Numbered from the stretch's first letter, positions 11,524 to 25,392 are shown. The stretch is 64,000 nt of DNA from Epiperipatus broadwayi (GCA_028023455.1 JAQFVV010000005.1:1054001-1118000), one strand, 5' to 3'. Notes: a model not told the origin generated them from the letters alone. Numbers and translations: made by a program.

Positions 11524-13451
11524 AAATAAGATATCTGTTAATCAAAAAAACTACAATATATGTATATGTATTTACTCATATATTGCATTTATCTAATTTA
11601 GTTGCTTTTTATTAAATCATATTTATGGTTTAATTTTTTGTGTGTATATTTAAAAGGTTTTTTAATTTTTTTTTGTTTTAACTTCATACTTTTTCTTCTC
11701 TTGACTTACTTAACTTTTTTTTTATTTTTTTATTAGGCCATATTACTATCCCTATAAGCATTGTTTAATTTTTTAAAATTTAATCTCATTCTTTAAATTT
11801 GTTTAATTTCGATTGTGCTTTATTTTATTTTCGTTTACATTTTATATTTACATTTTTGTTTATCTTTCATACTATTTAATTTTCATTTACAAAATTTTTT
11901 TTCTAATAATTGTTTGTAGCTATTTTCCTAACTTTATTCAACCATCTTTATAAGCTATTGCATTGCTAATTCTGTTTTCTTATTTCATTTCTTTGTAATA
12001 TTTTTTTAATTTTATTTGATTACTTATATTCTGTCTGTGTTTTTATCATGTATACTTATTTTTACCATGGTATAATACTTGAGTTTGGCCTTTTTTTTCA
12101 TTAAAAACTGCAATTCTTATTATCAGTTCATTTTTTTTTTAATTATCTGTTAATACATGCTTCACAATGTATTTCTGATTTCTTTTTGAATGCATAAATT
12201 CATCATATTGTTTTAGTAAAGTTTTTTTTTTTCAAATCCTATGTACAACATAACTTTAAGAATCTACCATTTTTATTTTTTTCATATTGACTTGTTCTAT
12301 ATGCTCATTACTTTCTTACTAAACTTACCAATTGCTTGATGTTGAGCGTTTGAACAGTTGTACTTATTTTGTCTTCTAGCTAAGAGTAGTTATATGCTAT
12401 TTATGAATCAGTGTTGGATGGTCAGCTTTGTTGCAAAGCACCAACTAATCGAAAGAAAAATCCTAAGATTGATTAGAATCAAATTTTTCAAGTTTTATCA
12501 GTACACGTTTGATTGGAGATGTATTTTTTATTATATCACAAGATGTTTTTATTATATATATATGTAATAACATCAATTTCTTTTTTTTAAATTTCTTCAG
12601 TTTATATAATTTTTTTTTTAGAAATAATTTCTAAATTTTTTTTTTTTACAATTCAGATGTATTTCTATTTAAGTTATTAATTGTAACATATATATAATAA
12701 TAAGAAGGATTAGATTGATGTAATGTCTACATGGGTATGACTGCAATATTAAATCCAGTAAGGGCTTTGAGTGTTCCATTGTTAGTTTATTGATGAATGG
12801 ACAGTTAAATAGTTGGAAGGATGAGAAGATTGAAGCCTATTCATTAAAATTTGGGGAATTATTATCTTAATATAAACCTGTACTGATTTTATATATGTGT
12901 GGGAGATTATGATATTCTGCATGAAATATGTATATTGCAGATCATGTATCTTTTTCAATTTTGTGTCTTGAGATGGAATGGTGGATGAATAGACTGAAAA
13001 ATCCTGAGTTCAAATCTCTCTACTTATTCTTTTATTACGTTTTCAACTTTTCATTTCTTTATTTTTGCTCTCGCTTGCATTTTAAAAATATCAATCCAAA
13101 TGTATTTGTCTATTATATACCATATGAAACATTCTTGTATTTTTACTTTTATAAACATTACTTCATTTCCTTTTTTTTAACAATTATTTTTATTCTTATA
13201 ATGTTTGTAATCATCACATCCATTTTTTATATCTCTTATTTTTATTTTTTGTATTAGTTTTTAAAATAAACATATTTGTTTAAAGCCAAGTCAGCTAAAA
13301 TTTTATCTCCATCCTCTTTAAATATTTTTTTATTTTTACAAAAAAAACAATATCAACAACATATGAAGTCTATATTATATCTACATATTCTGTACAATAA
13401 ATTTTTTAACAAACATATTCTACTTAAAAATATTTCCATATCTAATTTAGA

Positions 13452-13608
13452 GTTGTAATTATAAATTCATTAAACGCACATTGATTACGTAAGTAATATT
13501 TACTGAGGCTAACCACAAGCTTACGCTATGGAAGAAGGTTAAAACACCTGTAGAGGTTCCTACTATCGCATTTTTACACGCATATTATCGAGGTTATAGC
13601 CTCAGTAA
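13452..13608. mobile_element. foldback family C copy 1, 13-14 bp TSD
   Basis: Homologous to 37588-37809 (taaacgcacattgattac, cctgtagaggt.cctactatcgcatttt). Perfect flanking repeat atatctaatttaga at 13438-13451 and 13609-13622. Confidence 0.8.
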
Positions 13609-13789
13609 ATATCTAATTTAGATAAACAAAATTTACATTTTTTTTTTCAAATTTATTTTTGAATCATTTAAATACAGTTTTTAACTTTTTATAATTATTA
13701 CTCATGGGGGTATGATGTAGATGAAGTCAAAAGTTTTTTTGCATACCCTATGTATCCAGTGACTATTAGATAAATTAAACATTCCTCCT

Positions 13790-14150
13790 ATCACTATATA
13801 TCAATTTATTTCTTCCTATTCCCTTTCTTTTCAATTTCAGTCACTAAATCTATCTCCCAAGATGCACTTGTTTCTTATCCCTTGTAAATAAAAAGCTGCT
13901 GTGTTTATTTCAATATTCTGTCCTCATATTCTATTCTTAAGTTAAAAAGAATTAAAATATCTTGTATTTCTTTCTTTAATTTTATGATTTGTCCCACTCG
14001 CTATATAATTTATTCTGATACTTTTTCAAGATCCTTAATTCCAAAAAATATTCAGTTGGATCTCGTCTCATTCCTGTCTTCATTTTTCAGTATTTAAAGC
14101 TTCTGTTTCTGCATTTTATAGCACTAAATTGGTGAACTGCAGCAACATTT
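13790..14150 (-). mobile_element. old LINE C-terminal remnant
   Basis: Purine-rich minus strand with broken translation LVL*NAETEALN resembling 'VLLYGAETWTL'. Confidence 0.3.
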
Positions 14151-15201
14151 TAAATTTGGAAACTTGCCAGAACCGACTATAGTTGGAAATTTTTGCTTAT
14201 TGAAAAACACTGATAATACTATGAAAGATCATAGTCAACCAATACAAATCACACTACATGCCAATGCTTATATGAATACCAAATTAATCCATTATGATTT
14301 TTATAAGCAAAACATTTATGGCAGAGATGCCATTTTAAAGCTATTAGTAGAGTTATGAGCATAGGAACTAAATCATGCATAACTAAATTATATTCTACAA
14401 TTGAACAAATCGTTTACACTTTTTTTAACCAATGGAAGATTTTTACATTGATAATTTGTAGTAGAAGCTAAACAATTAGAATACATTTAACTACAAAATA
14501 TAATTGAACTCAGAATTTATGCACTTTTAATAAGGGTATTTTTTTGTTCCAGACATTTACTCTGTATGATTACTTCATAGCTGAAGATTTTTAAACAAAT
14601 GGATGGATTAAGTTTGGCATAAAAATTTTAGTTCCAATTTTAACCTTGACACTTTTGAAGATAATACGTTCCATTTTACACAATTCATATAGTCATATAT
14701 TGACTTATTTGTTGGTTTAAAGAATAAAGGGCTGCTATAGATGTTTTTGTTACTTCCTTGATTACTCGATTTAATTACTATTGAATTTCTGTAGGTCATT
14801 CTTGAACAATGAATGCGAGGTCGCCCTTTGTGGTTTAATACATTGATTTGATGTTAAAGATAGCTGGATTGATTGTTTCTATTCATCAAATATCATATGA
14901 CTTCCCAAGCAACTAACTATTCACTTTTTTTTTATGTGAGAGACATCATATAGTTTTATCTCATGTATAAGGAAAGCAATTTTTCATGCAGATGGAATTT
15001 TTTTACCAAATTTATATGTTATTTTAGATATTTCTTTTCACTTTCTAATTTTTATATATATTTAACATTGCTTTTTGTGACAGATAAAAGAATAAAATAG
15101 AATTTCTTGCAATATATTCTGAATTTTATATTTTATTATTGTTTTTTTTTTTAGTTTGATTGATAATTATAATGACTTTAAATATATATATATTTTTTAA
15201 G

Positions 15202-15258
15202 ACAACCGTTCATGCTTATACTGCTACTCAGAAAACTGTCGATGGACCAAGTGCGAAG
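15202..15258 (+). CDS. GAPDH: glyceraldehyde-3-phosphate dehydrogenase, internal exon (TTVHAYTATQKTVDGPSAK)
   Basis: 57-nt phase 0/0 exon with an AG acceptor at 15200-15201 after a T tract and a GTAAG donor at 15259. The peptide is the conserved GAPDH catalytic-His segment. Confidence 0.95.
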
Positions 15259-16699
15259 GTAAGACACTTATAATGTCAGCAATATTTATAATTTTTAAAT
15301 CTAAATAAAATTAGGAAAAAATATTTGTAAAGAGAGAATAAATAACTTATTTGTTAATTGTGTTGCTGACATATCCAATAAATTGGAAGATAAGTATTTT
15401 GTCATAATGATGTAACTACTTCAACTAAATAGTTTTAAATAGAGCTGTTATTTTGTCAAATTTATTCTATTGAAATGAGATTGGACTCTAATGATTAATG
15501 TTTAAATAACGGGGAAAATTTTAAGAATGCTTTGTAATAGCCTGAAAATATAATTTCTTAAAGGCAATCAGTATGTTTTTTAGGAACTACTATTATAAGA
15601 CATATTTTCGAGAGATTGAGTACATTTTAGAAAATGAACAATAGTAGATTTTTTAAAATAATATTGCACGATGAATTTAAGTATGGTTTTAGGCAAATTT
15701 GATTACATTATTAAGATTGCCTCAAAGATATTTTAAATTGGTGCACTTATTGATTGCTTTTTTTGGGAGAATGTGAGTGATGTTAGAATACAATGGAAAA
15801 CTACATCTAGGTAAATTTTTTTCAAAAATCAAGTTCATCATAAAAGTTAAATGATAATGACTTTAGATGCCAGATTAGGTTGAATAATGAAAAAGTGATG
15901 TATAATGGTTTACAAATTGATTTGTATTATTAACTTTTTGTCTATTTATCTGTCTGTGATTTCTTTTTTTCAATAGTTAGAATATCTACATTCATTTACT
16001 GAAAAATAGATAGGAATGAACTGCAGTTTGAAATACCGAGGCAGAGATAGTAAAGCTAATGGCTGAATTATAAATATAAATTTATGAAGTTCGGAATGAA
16101 ACATTAATTATTTCTAAAATAGCTTGGCAAAGAAACTTGATGATTTTTTTTTTTGTTTGTGTGTGCGCATATTAACATATTGCAGAAGACTAAAATATTT
16201 TTTAAAAGAAGAGATCTAAACTTAGTGAAGTGATGTAATGAAGTAGATGGCTATTTTTGATATATAATTTAGGTGTAAATGTTACCAAAGCAAGTGGATT
16301 AATTAGACAGCAGGTTACTGTAGCCATGTAATAATGCTTGATCATCATTAGTGATAATTTGCCATTCTATCACCTGAATATTTACACAAATACTTTATGA
16401 CAGAATGGATTGCTATGGACAGCCATAATCAGACAAGATGTTGAAGGCTTTCCAAAAATGGAAATTTTTTGTAGGAATTAGAGAGCTTCATAAGATATCC
16501 AGTAATCAGACTAATTGTTTAATATAATTTATAACTGAGAATGATTTTAATGTTATTTATAAAATGGTTGTATAGTTAGTTTTTTGGAAAGGGAGGGTTG
16601 TAACAATGTTGTGATATTCAAACATTAAAGTGACATGCAAGTTACATTCATTTGACTCGACAATATAATCCAGAAATTTATAGTTTTTAGTGGTATTAA

Positions 16700-17750
16700 T
16701 CCTTTAGCTGTGCGCGCTGTTTGCTTAAGCAGCCGCAGGCATATAGTTACGTCTAATACACCCCTTATGTTGTATTAGACATTGCAGGCTGCCTTGTAGA
16801 TGTTGCTTTGTGCTTCGCGAATCACCTTATGCCAATTCTCACATATAACATTTTACTGCTGTCTTATGTGAGGTGTGTGATTTGAAGTGTTTGAAAGTTT
16901 TTACTTTGAATTTTTTTTTTTTGGAAAATGGAAATCACGCAATTTGACTAAGATGAAATTGTCCCAAAGTTAAGACCGTCCTGGAGACAAATTTGAAGGT
17001 GATAAACATAGTCCAAAGGTAGGGAGGAGGTCATGCGTAAAGTAATGTCTTCGCGATAACCTAGTCGAGACCAAAAAAATGGCGCATTTTAGCAATCACA
17101 TCGTCCGCTTGAAAGATTTGCCGTCATTTGTGGAGCCACGAACAGTTGACAGTAGAAGGCGTCCGCTCACAGCTGGATTTATCCAAGAATTTTGCATTGT
17201 ATTGGACACAACGAGCTGCATGAGCTGTGCCATGACGGCCTGAAAGCCAGACTTGCCGTCAAATATGGGCCCGGTTTGATTGTTGAGGTCGCTTGAAATT
17301 TGTTTTGTGTTTTCATTAATAAAAAAGCAAACGATTTTTCATTGTTGTTTTTGTGTTTATATGTGTGTGTATCTGTATTCTAAAAAAAATATTGTGTTTT
17401 ATAAAGGTAAAAAAATGTTAAAACCAAAACAATTTGTTTCGTGTTTTGATTAATAAAAAAAAAAACACTTTTCATTGCTGTTTTTTGTGTTTATATATAT
17501 ATATGTATGTGTGTATGTGTCTGGATTATGAAAAAATACTGTTTTAGGAAGGTAAAATAATGTTAAGACAAAAACAATTACAAAAAATAATAAAAATAAG
17601 AAATTAAAAAAAAAATACGCCTTGTTAACAAAAAAATATAATAAAATTAAGAAATCCCCCAAAAAAAAACAGCCCGGTAACGTTACATTTTATGTCATTT
17701 TGCAAAAAAAAAAAAAAAAAATGCCATCAAGCGGCAGCTAGAACAGTAAT
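16700..17750. mobile_element. CpG-rich ~1 kb insertion with degenerate piggyBac-like ends
   Basis: TTAA|tcctttagctg at 16696-16710 and a loosely inverted cagctagaacag|taa at about 17735-17749. CpG is visibly more frequent than in the flanks. No intact ORF. Confidence 0.3.
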
Positions 17751-18229
17751 AATTCTATAATATGCATTAAACTCATTAAAAATTCCACTGAAGGCAAAGA
17801 ACTTTAATTTTTCCATTATATAAAAGTGTAGAGTGATCCTAATAATTAGAAAGTGTTTTTTTTTTTTGTTGCAGAGACCTTGTAATGCTAATACTGAAAT
17901 ATTTTTAATTTCAATATAGTCTCAGTAGGCTATTAGCACATTTCCATCCTCAATTAAAATGATAAATTATGATTTCTGGGGAAAAGATTTTCTAAAGTAT
18001 ATACAAGAAACAATAAATCTCTCTTGAAAGAATAAGACTAGAGAAAGTATCTAATTGACACAGACAGATGAAGACAAAAGACAAGATTGAAAAAAATAAA
18101 TATTTGCATTTGTTTAATTATAAAATAAAAAGTGTGTTGTTATAGAATTTGATCCTAGTTATTTTAATAAACATTATTTTAATGTCAAATTATATGTATA
18201 TGAGCATACATTTTGGATTCATCCATGTG

Positions 18230-21200
18230 TACCATTGCCTCTTGTTAATATTAACCTTATATTGACATTTCGACTGAATCACAACAGTTGTTGTCCAATT
18301 AGTAAAGGATGTTTGCAGAGATGCCAAAACATCCATGAATGATCTCTATTACCCAGATAATGATCCAGTCAAGAATTTGGTGTAATGTTAATATCGGCAT
18401 ATGTATATTGTAACCCATGAAAGCGTAGCTGTAAAGAAACTTAGGTTAATCCCTATGAATCAATAATAAAATCTCACCAAGTGATTGTCTGATTGATCTT
18501 AGAATAATATATTAATTATAACCTTAAAATAACGTACATCTATACAGCCAAACCACTATAGTTTACTCTTTTTTAATGAGACTTTTTTATCCAGAAGTGT
18601 CTATCTTTTTTTCTTGAAAATTGGTAAGATCTACTTATTTCCATGTGAAATGTAGGAGAAACACTTGTACATCTGGAGGTAGAATATCTCTTTAGTACAA
18701 TTTAACACATTTCTTAAATATATTTAAAATATATATATGAGTGAATAACTAACAAATTACACTTATTCTTATTTATATTTGTCATCTAGCAAGTTACCTC
18801 AAAGTTTCTTTATAATTTTATAAATGAATTACCATCTTAATTATTTCATCAGTGTAATAGTAAACACCTTTTACAGGTTTAATATATGACCACATTTATT
18901 TAGTATATGTCTATTTCTAGGATAGCTTTTTTATATTTATATTTTTTAATGATCTCTGATGATGTGAATGGTAATAGTTGATGACAAACTCAGTTTTTAA
19001 ATAAGAAATTTTTTATTTTATTTAGAACAAATAAACATTGAAGTGACAAACATTATAACAATATGAAAATGTATATAATGTATTTACACGGAAAATCATT
19101 GACCTATGTTTGGGATCAAATTCTCCATTTTTAAAAAAAAAAAAAATCAGTGGTGTTAAGTTATGTAGATATTTTACAAGTGATGTTAGCTACAAGACAA
19201 CGTAATCGAAGAGGGTATATGATATGATTCTTAGACTCATCTGTTAATGTTTAATGTAGATGAACTATGGCAAGCTTTATTATTGTTCTTACAGAAAGTA
19301 TCAATATTATATCACATCAAAATCCTCTTTATTAGGGACAATTTATTCCCTAAATATTATTTTTTTTTTTTTAAATAGCGAAGAAATAGATCTGATTTTT
19401 ATGTAAATCTTTAAATACTTTATTATGTGCTATGAGGTAAGCACGAATATAATTGCCAGACAATAGTAATACCAAAAGTCCATGCTTGATTTCAATTCAA
19501 GCGTATGATGTCAGTACAATCGGACTGACCCCATAGGCCCCAAATCTAAATACTACTAAGCAATTTGCCTAGTGGGTACAACATTTCGTAAATTAACAAA
19601 ACAAAAATACAGTATATATATTTGGTGAATATGCTCTTCATTACTGGTATCATCATATCACAAAGAAAAGCATTAAAGACAGATAAAACATCGTACAAAT
19701 CAACAGATAAATGGGTATTCAAGAATTATTTTTAGTTAAATTAAATACAGTGTCTCCAATGGAAATTTAATGATACATGTTGCCAAACAACACATTTATA
19801 CTGCTAAGTCTACCTATCTATCTGTATTTTACTTTACATATACCTCTCTTGAGAACTTAAATATTTACTTTAATATTTACCTCAATGACACATAAATCTA
19901 ACATATCAAAATAATAGAACAAATAATATAATATAATATTCTTAGGCAAAACTTTAAAAAAAAAATCTATAATTACTTCAAAGTTTACCCAGTCCAATAT
20001 TTTTATTGAAACAAAGATTTAAAACACTATCTGTATTACTGTGCTCAATAACATGAACCTATTTCATGGTTCATGCATCCTTATTCAAGATCTGAATGTA
20101 GTTCGAGTATTGCCCCTAAATAAAAAAAAAAAATTTCTATAATCCTTTGTTTATCTTCAAAATCATTATCCATTCTGTTGTGGAGCTTTAATATCAATCC
20201 ATTAATGATTAGCGGTGACTATTTTTTTTTAATGCAATCTGACTTCAAGAAATCCATCTGGCAAAACATAAAATAAAATATTGTGTTAATTTTTCAAGCT
20301 CCTACATTCAGCTATATGACTGTCTAATTTGTATTTTTATTATTATTTGTTATTGGTAAAGTTAAATTGTTTTTAAGTCATTGGTTTTAATTAAGTTATT
20401 TATTCAGCAAATATTCATATTTTCTTTCCTTTTTTTTTTAACAATAAAATTTAGCGTAAGTAATGTCACATGAATTCACACTGAGGAATCAATTTCGGAT
20501 ACTTTGCTTTTTTATTTTTAAATATGCGAATTACGTATTTCATAAGTCCCGAAATTTTGGTATTATTTTATAAGCAACATCCAACGTAATTTCTCAATTG
20601 ACTTTACTTTGTGAAGTCAGTATATAAGGCATTAATATCTAAGGTTCAACAATGTAATTTCACAGGTAAAACTGAAAGTCTTAACATTGAAATTATCTCC
20701 TGGTAATTCATTTTCCTTCCCTAATAAGTTGTTCTATCTCTCTTTTTGTTCAATATATACTCCAAATATGACATGGTGAAGAGACCCTATCAAGTGACAG
20801 ATCCCTTGGGCAAATTATTTTAATCTAAAAAAGCAATGCAAAAAAATGTCTATTTTGAGACCAAAGTTTACTTATATTTTGAATAGCATTCTTATTAAAA
20901 GACAACTATGTAGATGTTAACACATACTGTCTTATATAAACTTTGTTAACATTGTATTCAGTGCCATCATCACCATCCCAAATACCATTCTTATTAATAA
21001 TTTGACCTCCTTCCCCCTCCCCCCCCCCCCCCCCTTTTTTTTTTTTTTTTTTTAACTAAAAATAATAGTAAACTAAAAATTTTTTTTTTGGAATTTTAAT
21101 TTTTAAATTTATTTGATTAAGTAGTTTTTTTTTTCATTAATAATTAACTTAGGCATAAGTATATTGCGCCTTTGTATAGGTTGTTAAATTTTTGACCCCC

Positions 21201-21420
21201 CCCTCTTTTTTTTTCCACCTTTGTCATATATGGAAGTGAATTGTAAACATGCATATTTTAAATAGGTAATGTCTTTTGAACTTGATTTACATGATATGTT
21301 CAGACTAATTTCCCCAACACATTTTACCAGACTGCATATAAAAGTCATTCCATCTCCAAATATTGAACTTCTTAAATGCATACCATGCTTATACTGAAAT
21401 AAACTTGTCAAATGAACAAA
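18230..21420 (-). mobile_element. scattered L1-like remnants
   Basis: Broken frames IFGDGMTFICSLVK (about 21.3 kb), LFTMSYLEYIL (about 20.8 kb) and HSWMFWHLC (about 18.3 kb) lie in the order expected for an L1-type ORF2. Heavily decayed. Confidence 0.3.
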
Positions 21421-22656
21421 AAAAATCTGTATTTCTCTTCACCTATATATATATATATGGACAAATTTAAAATATATGCTAACATCTTTTGTCTATCAAA
21501 ATCTTTATATGTAAATAATAATCATATTTCTGAAGGACTTTCAAATCACATTTTACAAGAATCCTTAAGAAGTCATGCTTACTAGAATTATTTCAACAAT
21601 CTTTCAAAGGATTCTAGATCAATCGTTGACATTTTGTAGGATTAAAATACGATATAAATATTATATATTCACAGTTATACATATTTAATAATTATTATTT
21701 GTCCATGCGTATATTAAAATTAATTTCAAATGCATTTAATTACTAGCATTGTTAAGCACTCACTATTTTATTTTATAAACAGTCAATACAAATCATTAGA
21801 AAATTGCAAATAATCCCACAACATGTGTTTCAACTAAATTTGTTTCAATAGTTGGCCTTATTTTTTTACATTCACCTAATATCCCATTGCCATTGTTGTT
21901 TTCTTATATCTCAACAAATTATAACTGTTCACTTTGCATTTTTCTGATATCTTCTTTTGATTATTTAGGATGTAAATTGATGAGAGTTTAGCAATGCTAT
22001 TAATTTTAAATATGTTTGTTTATAGAGGGTGCATACAAGAAGTATATTAAGTTTAATGTGTTCTAATAATTTATAAAGTTATGTGATATATTTTGATAGA
22101 AATATTGGAAATGCAAGTAGAGTGAGATATATTATAAATAGAAAGTAGAATAACATTATGGTGACAGCAAGAGTAATTATTTAACTTAATAGAAAATACC
22201 AAATGCATATAATTCAGATTTATATCTAACAAGTTGTTATAATGATGAAGAAATAGAGGCTTTTATATGGATGTACAAAAGGTTTTTGATCAGATCAAAC
22301 AACATTTTGAAATTCTCATGGGAAACATTAACATTAGAATTGGTGAACAATTGAAAGATGAAAATGCTATTGGTAAATTTGGTTATAATGATAGGTATGG
22401 GAGAGGCCATAAATTTTAGAAGTTGGTAGAAAAAGAAAAAATGCTAAAAAGAAATGGACATGGAAGCACCCAAATGAAGGTGCAACAGACTTAGATTATA
22501 TTTTGACAAACAGAAAATGTGTATTTTTAAGATTGTAATGCTCTTAATACATTAAACACAGGAAATGATTATCAATTAGTGAAATGTAAGATACATATTA
22601 GTGTGAAAATAGAGAAACGAAAACTATTAACTAAGTCTGAATGAATAGTTGATATT

Positions 22657-22900
22657 AAACCTCTAAACGTCACATGATCACCATTTCTTATGCTTGCTCA
22701 AGCCGTTAAAACAGGCAAAACTCTACATACAGTAGTGCCACTCGGTGCAAGCCAGAGTAATCCAAGGCTCCTCACTGATGAAAGTCACAAGATAGAAACT
22801 AGTCTGGGGATATTGGATGAGTAGGCATTAGATAGGGATTTTATGCACAAACCTTTTTGCATTCATTGATTACTACTGTATGGATAGTTTTGCCCATTTT
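22657..22900. mobile_element. foldback family A copy 3 with sense hammerhead, perfect 13-bp TSD
   Basis: Flanked by aatagttgatatt at 22644-22656 and 22901-22913. Removing the insert and one repeat copy restores the RTE reading ...IVDI|PHLQKYFNEFKLEL. Confidence 0.9.
22760..22818 (+). ncRNA. type I hammerhead ribozyme motif (family A)
   Basis: AUCCAA ggc UCCUCA CUGAUGA(22775-22781) A AGU cacaa GAU A GAA ACUAGU C(22804) UGGGGA ua UUGGAU. Stem I is bipartite, stem III is palindromic, the triplet is GUC, and stem II is damaged in this copy. Confidence 0.75.
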
Positions 22901-25342
22901 AATAGTTGATATTCCTCATCTTCAGAAATACTTCAATGAATTTAAATTAGAACTTGTATATCTTTTTAAAATATTAGCAGACTGAAGATGGTTAAGTTTG
23001 GTTGAAATTCGTAAGGCAACTGATACTCTGTTAACAAATGCAAGAAAGGTAGCTCGTATAAAAAAGTAGCGATTTACTAATAAATTTGCTATTAAGATAA
23101 GAAAATTTTTGAAGAAAAGAAGGATAATGAAAATTTTTTTAAAAATTCTTTATTCAGAAGAATTCAGTATCTAGAATTTTGTAAAATGACACGAAAAAGA
23201 ATTAATAATGATATAAGAGCATATAATTGTAAATTGGCAAGGAAACCTATAAAAAAGAATAAGTCTCAAAATTGTCTTGGTATTGGACAGAAAAATATTT
23301 CTGCAAAAAGAAGAAAGACGGAACTATTACCAAAAAAAGAGCTTCATAAAATGTATGGAAGAGTTTTATAAAAAGTTATATGATAACAAAAAACAAGAAA
23401 GAAAATATCACAATTACAGCATCTTCTGGATTGGCCAGCATTTGAAATGAAGTACAAAATGCAATTAAATCTGTAAAGAGGGGAAAAGTTCCAGGAATGA
23501 TATATTTATTATTGATATCTTAAAAAAAAAAAAACAGCTAAATAAATAGAATACCAAATGTCTAAATGATAATGATATACCAAATAATTGGAAGAATGCA
23601 ATAGTAATATTGATATTTAAGAAAGACAATAAAGAAGATATTAGAAATTACAGAACTATCAGTTCTATAGAAAATATTTGTCAAGATAATTAGAATTCGT
23701 CTCCAATGAACTTTGGAATCTAATCAACTGAAAGAAGCTGGATTTAAAAGTGATTTTAGCATAATGGATCACATCCAAGCATTGAGAGAAGTTATAGAAA
23801 GATGCAATAAATATAAATTGCCATGATTTTGGATTTGTAGATTACGAAAGGCCTTTGATTCTGTAAGCATTTCTACTGTAATTAAAATATTGTATCATCA
23901 AGATATAAAGTCTGGGATATTGTCGTATTCTGAAGAATATACTGTACATCAAAATTCAGAAAAGTATGCATCAGGAAAATTATATCCAAAATTTTTTTCA
24001 GCACTTTTACAAGAAGAATTTTGAGGATTAAAATGGGCAACTAAGAGAGTAAAAGTAATTGAAGATTATTTAAGTTATCTAGATTTTGTACATGATATAA
24101 TTTTTGCAATTAATGCTTCAGAGCTTCAAGAAATGGTACAATAGTTATCAGATGAAAGTAAGAAAGTAGGATTAAAGATCAATGCTAAAAAGATTAAAAT
24201 AATGTTCAATGGATTTTCTCAGATTGATAATCATGAATTAGAAGACATTAATAACTGCAAATACCTTCATCATATTATTAACACAGAAACATAATGGATG
24301 AAATTATAAAATTAAACTTATTTTTGGTTGAAATAACACTAAAAGAAAATATACTCATGTATTTGAAAAGAAAGGGTTTTATAAATCTGTTTTATCAATT
24401 CTTATTAATGGATCTGATAATTGTTCACTTAGCAGAAAAGAAATACATCACTCAGTGAAGCAAGGAGAGATGTGTATTAGGAGTAACACAAAGAGATCAA
24501 AAACAAAATATATGGGTAAGAGAACAAACAGATATGACTGACATCTTTGAAAAAGTAAGGGACTAAAATGTAGCTGGATTGGACATATTGCTAGAAAAGA
24601 TGATGATAGATGGATAGTTGAAGTTTTAGATTGGATGCTGAGTGATTGTAAAAGTCCTAGAATAGACTATACGTGAAATGACTGGATGAAATAAAGAAGT
24701 TTCCGGTCTGTTGTGAAGAGAAGCTAGGAATCAGTTGGGTTAAACTTGGAGAGATTTTCATTCTGTAGTGAATTGATAATGGTTGAAAATGCTGATGGTA
24801 AATTTAATGTCTCACATGTAAAGAATAATTGTCTGATGTTTGAGAATAATAAAACAATTACAATAATATCTAGAGATCAGAAGGTTTTGGGAAGTCACAT
24901 CAATAAGTTATATATATATATATGTAATAAATAATAATGTAGTAATTTGTATGTATTTAATTTTGCGGAAGAAAATTACTCTTCATACATGTACTATTGA
25001 ATTGGTATTAAATTGACATACACATTTTAAGGGTATATGTGGTTCACTTATGCTTTGGACCTATTCTTAAATCAAAGAGTAATTTATCAATTAAATTATC
25101 AGGTTCATAATAAGATCAAGCCCTGATTTAAGCATGGTCAATAAGATTAGTTTATTTAAAAATAGGTTCTAAGCATTAAAACAATTATTGACAAGTAAAC
25201 TTGTCAATTTATTATCAATTTAATATGTGTGAAGATGTAATTTCTTTTCTCAAAATTACTTATATATGTATATGTAAACTTATAAATAAATATTAGAAAA
25301 TACAGTAATAAAATTTTTTTTAAAAGAACAAAAAATATAAAT

Positions 25343-25392
25343 GTTACTTAAGAGCGCTTTCGACTATCCTCGTAGTCTTTGTCAACTAATAC
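25343..25392 (-). ncRNA. minimal type I hammerhead motif with U3-A8 core variant (locus E)
   Basis: Reverse complement reads GUAUUAG UUGACAA A GACUA cgagga UAGUC GAA AGCGCU C UUAAGUAAC: a perfect 5-bp stem II, intact GAAA, palindromic stem III and CUC triplet. Confidence 0.7.

Larger units (their letters stand above)
22090..24790 (+). mobile_element. decayed RTE-clade LINE (APE endonuclease plus RT), same family as 1-1779, interrupted by family A copy 3
   Basis: APE-like IIQIY..TSCYNDEEIEAFY at about 22.2 kb. Segment 23185-24790 is colinear with 56-1764 (e.g. ttagaaattacagaactatcag, tttggatttgtagattacgaaag) and has many stops and frameshifts. Confidence 0.88.

Noticed and set aside
22982-23010. 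CTGAAGA...GAAA as a hammerhead
   Set aside because: No stem II pairing, and it lies within RTE coding sequence.
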